Positions 58,101-64,000 of a stretch of 64,000 nucleotides of DNA are shown piece by piece. The stretch spans positions 1 to 64,000 of the IMG/VR virus record IMGVR_UViG_3300047089_000152. One strand, 5' to 3'. A model generated the notes under the pieces. The model was not told the origin of the DNA. It was given only the letters and a program-made list of their open reading frames with translations, and did no database searches. A program made the translations under genes and the position numbers. Numbering within the stretch: position 1 is the first letter of the stretch; every line of letters starts with the position of its first letter. The stretch comes from a virus.

Positions 58101-59928
58101 GGGTCGCGTGGGCGACCAGCCGGTCCATTGACTCGTTGAACCTGTCAACCGCCGACTTGCCCCGGCCCAGCCACAGGTACAGAGCCGTCAGCGCCGCGAC
58201 CGCGACCACCCCGATCGCGATCCACGGGTTAGCGGCGATCAGCCCCCCGAAAGACTTCGCCAAAGCAACCACCCGGCCCGGGAGAGCCTTAAGGTTGTTA
58301 CCCAAGTCGCGGAACGTCGCCCCGAGGACAGCGAATTTCGTCCCCCCGCCCGCCGCTGCCAGGTCCTTCACAGCGGTCCCGGCCAGTCTCGTCCCCACCG
58401 CCGTCGCGGCGAGCTGTTCCAGCGGTCGCAGCAACCCGATCAGCGCGGTTGTTGCCAGCCCTGACCACAACCAGATCCCGTGGACAGCCACGACCACCGC
58501 GAGTATCGGCAACGGCAGTTTCGTGAAAATGTCGAAGAGTCTCGCGGCGGCACCGACGATGCTCAGCAGAGCCTCAGCGATACCGGTCTGCTGGGTGACC
58601 CGGATCAGTCTCCCGAACGCGTCACCCAGCGACACGGCGATACGGCCGAACTCTTGCAGGTCACGCTTACCCGCGGCCAGGAAGTTCGACAGGCCGGAAC
58701 CGCTAGTCGTAGCCAGGACGGTGATCTTAGCGGCCAGCCGGTCGATGAAAGCGCCCGTATCGACGGCGAGCTTGTTGAAAAGCCCGGTCTTGGTCCCTAC
58801 GATCGCGATCGCGTCACCGTACAGCTGCCACACCTGCGGCCGGACCGTGTTGTGAAGCTTCTCCAGGTTCCCCGTCATCGGCGGGATCGTCGCGTTCAAA
58901 GCGTCGGAGACCGTGTGAATGTTCTGGAGCCTGTTGAACACTGCGCGGGCCGCGTCAGCCCCCGCGATACCGAACGCTGCCAGCCCCGCAGCTGCGGTGA
59001 CCAGCGCCGGGATGATCACGGCGAGGGTTTCTATAACGGTATCCAGGGCGATATGCCACCCCGACACGGCGGACAGCCCCCCGAACAGCGCCACCCGGGC
59101 GGTCAGCGCCCCGATACCGAACCGGCCGAACGCCCCAGCCCCCTGTATCAGCCTGTTGTTCGTCGCCGCGACCACAGGGTTGAGCCGTTTAAACGCCTCC
59201 TCCAGCCCGAGGAGCTGCCCCTCAGCCGCGGCTAGCCCCGCCAGGTCGACCTTCCCGCCCAGCTTCAGGTCAGCGGCCTCACGTTTAAGCTGATCTATCG
59301 CCCCTTCAGACACCGCGATAGCCGTTATCAGCGCCTTGGCGTCGGCGCCCACCACGATTTTCCTCGCGTAACCCTTCAGCAGCGCGATCTGCGCGAGGAC
59401 AGCGTCGAGTTCCTTCTCAGCCTTGTTCCTGTCGACGTCCAGGGGCAGACCTTCAGGGTCACCCAGCGAAGCGCGCAGGTGGAACGCTTTTTGTTCCAGC
59501 CTCGCGATCTGCAACAGGGCCTGCTTCGCGTCCGCGTCGATCTTCAGACCCGAAGCGTCCTCCCGCAGCTGCGCCAGGTTCGCGCGTTCCTTCGCGATCG
59601 CAGCGTCTATCTTCCTGGTGTCCGCGTCCATCGCGATTTTCGCGACCGTATCCGCTAGCCCCTTAAGTTGCAGCTGCAACTTGCGGATAGTAGCCTCTGC
59701 GGGTTTCCCGTTCGCCCCGATCTTAACCTCGGCGAGCTGCCTGTTCAGGTCAGTCATCCGCGCTTTCAACGCGGCTATCTGCCCGCGGGCCTGCGTGGTG
59801 TCCGCGGTGACAGGGATTTTCCCCTCAAGCCCCGCCAGGGCCTTCGTCACACCGGCGATCGCCTGGCTGCGGAACATCTTCGTGTCCGCCTCAATCGAGA
59901 CGAACACCTCACCGATACGGCTAGCCAC
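55186..59928 (-). CDS. Tape measure protein with C-terminal lytic transglycosylase domain
   Basis: 1580 aa, Ala-rich; GKDSVAAMLMPGEVVV; HEAGYN..ARNPSSGAYGIPQALP. Confidence 0.9.
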   Translation of the reverse strand: MASRIGEVFVSIEADTKMFRSQAIAGVTKALAGLEGKIPVTADTTQARGQIAALKARMTDLNRQLAEVKIGANGKPAEATIRKLQLQLKGLADTVAKIAMDADTRKIDAAIAKERANLAQLREDASGLKIDADAKQALLQIARLEQKAFHLRASLGDPEGLPLDVDRNKAEKELDAVLAQIALLKGYARKIVVGADAKALITAIAVSEGAIDQLKREAADLKLGGKVDLAGLAAAEGQLLGLEEAFKRLNPVVAATNNRLIQGAGAFGRFGIGALTARVALFGGLSAVSGWHIALDTVIETLAVIIPALVTAAAGLAAFGIAGADAARAVFNRLQNIHTVSDALNATIPPMTGNLEKLHNTVRPQVWQLYGDAIAIVGTKTGLFNKLAVDTGAFIDRLAAKITVLATTSGSGLSNFLAAGKRDLQEFGRIAVSLGDAFGRLIRVTQQTGIAEALLSIVGAAARLFDIFTKLPLPILAVVVAVHGIWLWSGLATTALIGLLRPLEQLAATAVGTRLAGTAVKDLAAAGGGTKFAVLGATFRDLGNNLKALPGRVVALAKSFGGLIAANPWIAIGVVAVAALTALYLWLGRGKSAVDRFNESMDRLVAHATPLNLINTLSNALSQTTAKLSNETGKLSGALKTSGGNLAALQIALQASGISNAAQDVQRLAEEHNKLAGQLTLVTGRLAGITHAFGTDGLSGAMALAALAGVKVSDFLGNSKQWTQALTQINGVVQGYANMGVGATQLGSAINVLTIAQSDQLKNVQSLNTAFDTFDKIVAGPVSGFLTFANTLKRFSNDAGVAGAAISGLGTGLTGVSRRVTDASLQLQTDFQDTFNAATQMADAFRLTGTASSQQIAAIKEVVQVMIPMAGTSKVAAAEISALAQEAGGPATTNLQLLSKWAGKTKDPLGAAQKAAAAAAISFSNMSLDAQKLGATLAQDLSKDMAVAVENAVGLQGAMNAYAKSVIHGTQATAAGHGARQTLLKDLADLGIKGPQATAVLDAMDQRLGSKLPAAAHSGSQALVDTANKIVTAGRAANDSTGKIAGMIAKVLGIPKSAAFELLMTGKGSFSLSEINAATGKQKQAAAGWYVTGGTPGKDSVAAMLMPGEVVVPTKMVNAGAVDHLRGMLPGFSGGGLVQAGDRTVLSGQYAVNKYHQFSTTMQASMVSMMRAALKAAEAAAVKAAAAAAASGGVSGAGPTGGDAAANLAIARSMFPWPSSMWPSFNTLEMHEAGYNRFARNPSSGAYGIPQALPPTKMPFAAQAAGGSHAGPQLSWMYAYIAQRYGNPVNAWNQYYAHPGGVGYYGSGGMVPGYAAGGSVASRGSAYLRAWQSKRGGGFGAAWGPVVVNQQIAAMQAAVSRAKALAGAKGLSSGQHKFWAATAADETRRLGVLGSELTVERAWRGQLGVNELGLDKEIRAAGSLKSLAGPVKGWKAQLGRDKATVNAISKMLGYSNAFIAAHPGVTPPPPGPVLPPVTHTYGGDVAGNLGAFISSVAPFMLGGMVNYDRGGWLKPGLTMAYNGTGRNEAVSASGGPTVTFEITPSGNAFDAFLISWLKKNVKVKGGGSVQRAWGSHLQER

Positions 59929-59931
59929 AGG

Positions 59932-60369
59932 TCACACCTGACCCTGGAGAGCCCACAAGGACTCCATCAAGAACGGGTACGGCCTCGCACCAGGATGATG
60001 CACGAGCGGCCCGAAATACCCCGTCGCGTAATTCGACAGCGACCAGGCCCCAGACGATTCGATGACGTGCGGTTTCGTGCCCCTCTCCAGGAACTGCGCC
60101 GCACCCGACGCGGACACCTCAGACCACGGCGTATCCGAACCGATCGCATGCAGATACGAATGGATCGAAGCGGCCGTCCCACCCGGTGGGGTCGACGTCC
60201 CCGGCCGCCCGCTCTTACCCGGCGACCCCACCACCCGCTTACGGACCTTCGCCCGGGCATACACCGCCGCCCGGCCACCCAGCTCCTGCATCAGATGCGC
60301 GACAGGGCCAAGAGGGTCATTCAGGAAAGCGCGGATCTCAGCCTCGCTGAACTTCACGCGTACACCCAT
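59932..60369 (-). CDS. HK97 gp10-like tail/neck protein
   Basis: FLERGTKPHVI...VHHPG...PFL. Confidence 0.75.
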   Translation of the reverse strand: MGVRVKFSEAEIRAFLNDPLGPVAHLMQELGGRAAVYARAKVRKRVVGSPGKSGRPGTSTPPGGTAASIHSYLHAIGSDTPWSEVSASGAAQFLERGTKPHVIESSGAWSLSNYATGYFGPLVHHPGARPYPFLMESLWALQGQV

Positions 60370-61084
60370 CAGACCTCCCCGTCCCATTCGACACCCAGCG
60401 AAGCCATATGCTCGCGGAGCTGATCCTTCGCCGTCGATTCCGCACCCTGATCTGCGTACAGCTCGTCCATGAACTGCTTCTTCTGCTCCTCATCCAGCGG
60501 GTTAGTGATACACGCCAGGGCTAGGTTGCACGCTTGCCGCGGGGTGAGCGACGTGATACCGCGGCCTGTCTTGTAGATCTGACCGCCGTCGATTTCCGCG
60601 AAGTGCTCTGCCGCCCAGCCGAGGAGCTGGAAGGCGACTCGGTAGGGCGCGCCGCGATCAGCTTGATCGCCTGGGCCACCACATCCATCAGTTCCTCAGC
60701 ATCAGCCTTGCACCGCACCGCATGATCCTGGAACCTGTCCCAGTCACCTTCACCTGCGAACGCGCAGTCCCGGGCAGCGGCACTTTTCCCCGCTTCCTTA
60801 CAGCCAGGGCAGTTACCGCACGGATCCTCATCTTCCAGGATCACGTCCCGCAGGATCTCATACATCGCCGCGTACGCCCGGTCATCATCGGTCCGCAGGT
60901 TCGCCGCGTGGCTGAACTTCAGCAGCGGCATCAACCCGACCTTCTCCGAAACGCGGAAAGACTCCCCGGCCAGCGTGATAACCCTGGCCGGGGAGATGAC
61001 TTCCCCGGACAGCTCCGGGTCTGTTGCCTGCTGTAGCTCGATCGCGCCGCGTTCCGCAGCGTCGTCCATCTCTTCGTAGTCCAC
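60369..61084 (-). CDS. Tail assembly chaperone: short form 60521-61084, long form via -1 frameshift near 60645 ending at 60369
   Basis: Lies between MTP and TMP; RPT motif cgc-cct-acc with an open -1 frame ending in a TGATG overlap. Confidence 0.7.
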
Positions 61085-61175
61085 CGGGACAGAACCTCCT
61101 TGCCTGAGTAGCATGAATGGTGCCGTTCCCCAGCGGCGTGGCAGCGCCCCTTACCGGGGCGCTGCCACTTACGGA

Positions 61176-61634
61176 TCAGGTACCAGCGATACCGGAAGAC
61201 GGGTAGCGGATGATCGGCGTTGCAGCATTCCACGTCGACTTCAGGCTGACCGCAGCGGAGACACCACCAGCAACCGAGTAGTCCGGCAGGACCGCGCCGA
61301 AGAAGTACTGGCCGGGGGCGGTGCCCTGCGCACCGATAGTCGACGGGTACAGGTACATGTTCCGCGAAAGACCATCCGTCGCAGCCACATACGTCTGCGC
61401 CGTGGCCGTGTCATAGAACCCCGAGAAGTCACCCGACGCGTCGGGCAGGCCAGCGACCCAGATCAGGTTCGGGTCACCCATCGCGGTCACGTCAACCTTG
61501 TTCACCACGAAGTTGATAGACCAGTCAGTCAGAAACGCCATCGGCGACGCGATAGCCGTACCGGTAGCGAGACCACCACCGGGACCGGTGACCCCGACGT
61601 AAACGATCCCGTTACGACCGTGGATACGTGACAT
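61176..61634 (-). CDS. Major tail (tube) protein
   Basis: RIHGRNG..Y...DWSIN...VDVTAMGD...VAGLPDASGDFSGFYD. Confidence 0.8.
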   Translation of the reverse strand: MSRIHGRNGIVYVGVTGPGGGLATGTAIASPMAFLTDWSINFVVNKVDVTAMGDPNLIWVAGLPDASGDFSGFYDTATAQTYVAATDGLSRNMYLYPSTIGAQGTAPGQYFFGAVLPDYSVAGGVSAAVSLKSTWNAATPIIRYPSSGIAGT

Positions 61635-61652
61635 TTGCTGTGCTCCTTCTAC

Positions 61653-62708
61653 TCAGTGTTCCAGGAGTTCCAGCAGGCGTTTCGCGTTGCTGGTGAACGT
61701 GCGGTCAGCGATAGCCTCACGCGCTTTGTATGCCGCCTGTTCCCGTTCACTATCGTGGGCGAGCCACCAGCGGATCTGATCCCCTGCCTCTTCCGGGCTG
61801 GAGAACGTAGGGAGCATGTCCAGCACCGAATCCCCCTCCGCGCGGGGATCGCGGAGGTAGAAAAGCCCGCACGCCGCTTGTTCCACCTCACGGGGCCCCA
61901 TCGCCCACGGGACGGCGGTGCTGTCAGCGTCCGCGTCGTCGTATTCGCGGCGGTAAAAGTTGATGCCGCACTTCGCGTTGCGGTACACCTCGGCCACTTC
62001 GCTGTTGTCGACACAGTCGTCAATGTCATGGCCCATGAACCTGCGCAGCGGAGACTTCGACGCCCCCGGCCAGCAGCCCCCCAGCAGCACGTCCAGGCCG
62101 TCCAGGTTCATCCGCTCGAAAAAGTCGATGCGGGACTGGAACCCCGTCCCGATGAACGCCAGGTCCGCCGCGAGGTCCACGTTGACAGGGCCCGTGCGAG
62201 GGTAATGCACGGAAGGCCGGTACGCGTGCGGCGCATACTCCGCGACGGCACCTAGCTCCCGGTACTGCTCAATGTTCACCGGGTCGTTCAGCAAGACGAT
62301 GTCGCTGCATTCCGCGCGTTCCAGCTGCATCTTTTCCTGGTACGGCGACTCGGTGGCGAGCAGGACAACTTTCATCCGCCGCTGCTGAAGCAGGGCCATC
62401 AGCCCCGGGGTGACGAAGAAACCGGAAACGAAAATAACCGCGTCTGGCCAGAACGTGAAAGCCGCATGAGAGATGCCCTGCATCGCCATGCGCAGCGCGT
62501 CCTCGTCGTTCATCGCCCGGCGTACCAGCGGGTGCCCCGACTCGTCCACGTCCCCCGTGGAAATCAAAGCATGACCGTAAAATTGTATACGATCATCAGA
62601 ATTAAAACTGGCAACTTCACACCCAAGCTCCCGCAGCGCCTCACACCAACCGTCATGCACATCAGCCACAGAAAAATTTGGGCCTGGATGTACCACTAGT
62701 ATGCGCAC
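61653..62708 (-). CDS. Glycosyltransferase (CgeB / Glyco_trans_1_2-like)
   Basis: DLAFIGTGFQSR...VAEVYRNAKCGIN...GPREVEQAACG. Confidence 0.8.
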   Translation of the reverse strand: MRILVVHPGPNFSVADVHDGWCEALRELGCEVASFNSDDRIQFYGHALISTGDVDESGHPLVRRAMNDEDALRMAMQGISHAAFTFWPDAVIFVSGFFVTPGLMALLQQRRMKVVLLATESPYQEKMQLERAECSDIVLLNDPVNIEQYRELGAVAEYAPHAYRPSVHYPRTGPVNVDLAADLAFIGTGFQSRIDFFERMNLDGLDVLLGGCWPGASKSPLRRFMGHDIDDCVDNSEVAEVYRNAKCGINFYRREYDDADADSTAVPWAMGPREVEQAACGLFYLRDPRAEGDSVLDMLPTFSSPEEAGDQIRWWLAHDSEREQAAYKAREAIADRTFTSNAKRLLELLEH

Positions 62709-62748
62709 GGAAGCATCATCCTGTCCTAAGTGTGGTAGGATAGTAATT

Positions 62749-62817
62749 GCATTGGAGGGGCATGGCATGGCACGGCCCGGAGTGCTGGGGTGGGGAACGG
62801 AATGGATGGGCAGGATA
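62749..62817 (+). ncRNA. Solo pentamer-code unit (12 pentamers + GGCA + GGATA), antisense within the tail operon
   Basis: gcatt ggagg ggcat ggcat ggcac ggccc ggagt gctgg ggtgg ggaac ggaat ggatg ggca ggata; TGG-TAGGAT -10 at 62733-62741. Confidence 0.75.
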
Positions 62818-62864
62818 GATCCAGGTTGGTGCGCATCTTTTACAGGTGCGCACCAACCTGGATC
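62818..62864 (+). terminator. 18-bp perfect hairpin immediately 3' of the solo unit
   Basis: gatccaggttggtgcgca...tgcgcaccaacctggatc. Confidence 0.65.
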
Positions 62865-63250
62865 AGAAATGAGCATCCCATGTATTGCTGGCCGGCGTAT
62901 TCGGTGAGTCCGTAGGTCATCACCTGCAATACGACCGTGAACTCCACCGCCCCGCCCAGGGTCGGGTCAGCCTGCACCGCCGCGTTGATGCTTTTAGTAC
63001 CGGACGTGGACACGTAGTCGTCGATTACGTCCTGGCCGGAAGCGTCGTTCGCGGCGGATACCAGCACGACGGCGAGGAGATTGACCTGGGTTTCGCCGTC
63101 CATCGTGATGCCGTAATTGACCGCTGGCCGGTTCGGGATTATGACCGCGCATGGCGGTATGACCTGCCCGGGTGCGATCGCGTGTACGTTCAGCCCGGTG
63201 GTGGATAGCCGGGTTGCGAGCGCGACCCTGATCGCTTTGACGTTAGCCAT
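62840..63250 (-). CDS. Tail terminator / completion protein
   Basis: IRVALATRL...SINAAVQADPTLGG; position. Confidence 0.7.
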   Translation of the reverse strand: MANVKAIRVALATRLSTTGLNVHAIAPGQVIPPCAVIIPNRPAVNYGITMDGETQVNLLAVVLVSAANDASGQDVIDDYVSTSGTKSINAAVQADPTLGGAVEFTVVLQVMTYGLTEYAGQQYMGCSFLIQVGAHL

Positions 63251-63331
63251 CTACGGGCGGTCCTTGCATGTATGGCCCTTCTTGGTCCAGTAGACCTTCC
63301 CGCATATGCCGCACGCTTTCGTCATCCCCAT

Positions 63332-63988
63332 CTATACGCCGACTTTCCCGCGGCCTCTGATGTAGCAGCGGAGCTGCTCCGCGATCCACGGGTTAGGATT
63401 CAACCGGACAATGCCGAGGTCAGCCATACCCATGACACCCCAGGGGGCGTCTTTCAGCTTGAACCAGTCCGAGGCGATCAGCAGCGCCGCCTGGGTAACC
63501 ACGGGCGGGACCTGCGGCCAGCCGAACACGCCGGTGATCTGGACCCGGTCGAGGTGGACGAACGGCCAGATGAACGGGAACCAGTTCGACTGCCCGATCA
63601 CCTGAACCTGCGTGTACGGTTTCGGTTCACCGGAGGCGAGCTGGTTGAACTGGCCGTCGCCGACGCGGAGCATGTAGTTGGTGTTCTGCGTCCATGTCGT
63701 CTCGTACACCCCGTCCCCGTCACTGTCGATTTTCAGGGACGTGACGGACACCAGGTCATCGACGGGGAGCAGCCAGATGTCCTGCGGCTGGTATGTGCGC
63801 GTGTCGGTGAACCGGAAGAAATGCCTCCCGCAGTACGTGTCAATCCACCGTGACGTCGCCAGGCAAACCGAAGCGATCACCGAATCGGTGGCAGGGTCGG
63901 TTTGCCCGAGTCGGTCTTTCAGCTCCTCGGGTCCCACGTACCAGCGTGGCTGGTCCAGCGCCAGTACCCGCCACGTTCCGGGCTGCAC
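63332..63988 (-). CDS. Head-to-tail adaptor (5' end probably beyond the window)
   Basis: YVGPEELK...ATSRWIDTYCGRHF...GWPQVPPVVTQAALL. Confidence 0.8.
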   Translation of the reverse strand: MQPGTWRVLALDQPRWYVGPEELKDRLGQTDPATDSVIASVCLATSRWIDTYCGRHFFRFTDTRTYQPQDIWLLPVDDLVSVTSLKIDSDGDGVYETTWTQNTNYMLRVGDGQFNQLASGEPKPYTQVQVIGQSNWFPFIWPFVHLDRVQITGVFGWPQVPPVVTQAALLIASDWFKLKDAPWGVMGMADLGIVRLNPNPWIAEQLRCYIRGRGKVGV

Positions 63989-64000
63989 ATCTGATGCGGT

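Noticed and set aside
62709-62876. 56-aa N-terminal extension of the glycosyltransferase in the ORF track
   Set aside because: It is the antisense read-through of the solo pentamer unit and hairpin; the GT domain begins at VRILVVHPG

Overview
This is about 64 kb of a high-GC tailed actinobacteriophage (siphovirus-like) genome. Positions 1-28 kb carry a dense + strand run of small accessory or early genes. Recognisable ones are an SprT-like protease, AAA+ ATPase, FAD oxidoreductase, peptidase C26, Lsr2-like, ParB-like and HNH proteins, lipoproteins and very basic proteins. They are punctuated by three families of structured intergenic repeats. Positions 29-49 kb are a mixed-strand region with a GH25 lysin, RecT-like and Cas4-like recombination genes, regulators, Lsr2, GIY-YIG and secreted proteins. 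Positions 49-64 kb are a - strand lysis and tail module: NlpC/P60, LysM-transglycosylase, holin, minor tail, tape measure, a tail chaperone with a -1 frameshift, major tail protein, a glycosyltransferase, tail terminator and adaptor. The standout is at 43.3-46.1 kb. A stand-alone RAMP/Cas7-like gene and a partner gene are followed by a 1.27-kb non-coding array of 237 G(G)N-NN pentamers, split into 21 units by a 4-nt GGCA punctuation mark. Four further copies of the same code lie elsewhere in the window, three of them with promoter-like sequences. This looks like a phage-encoded, non-CRISPR RNA-guided system (VIPR-like, here mostly GGC/GGA-NN). All product calls come from motif recognition by eye; no database searches were run.
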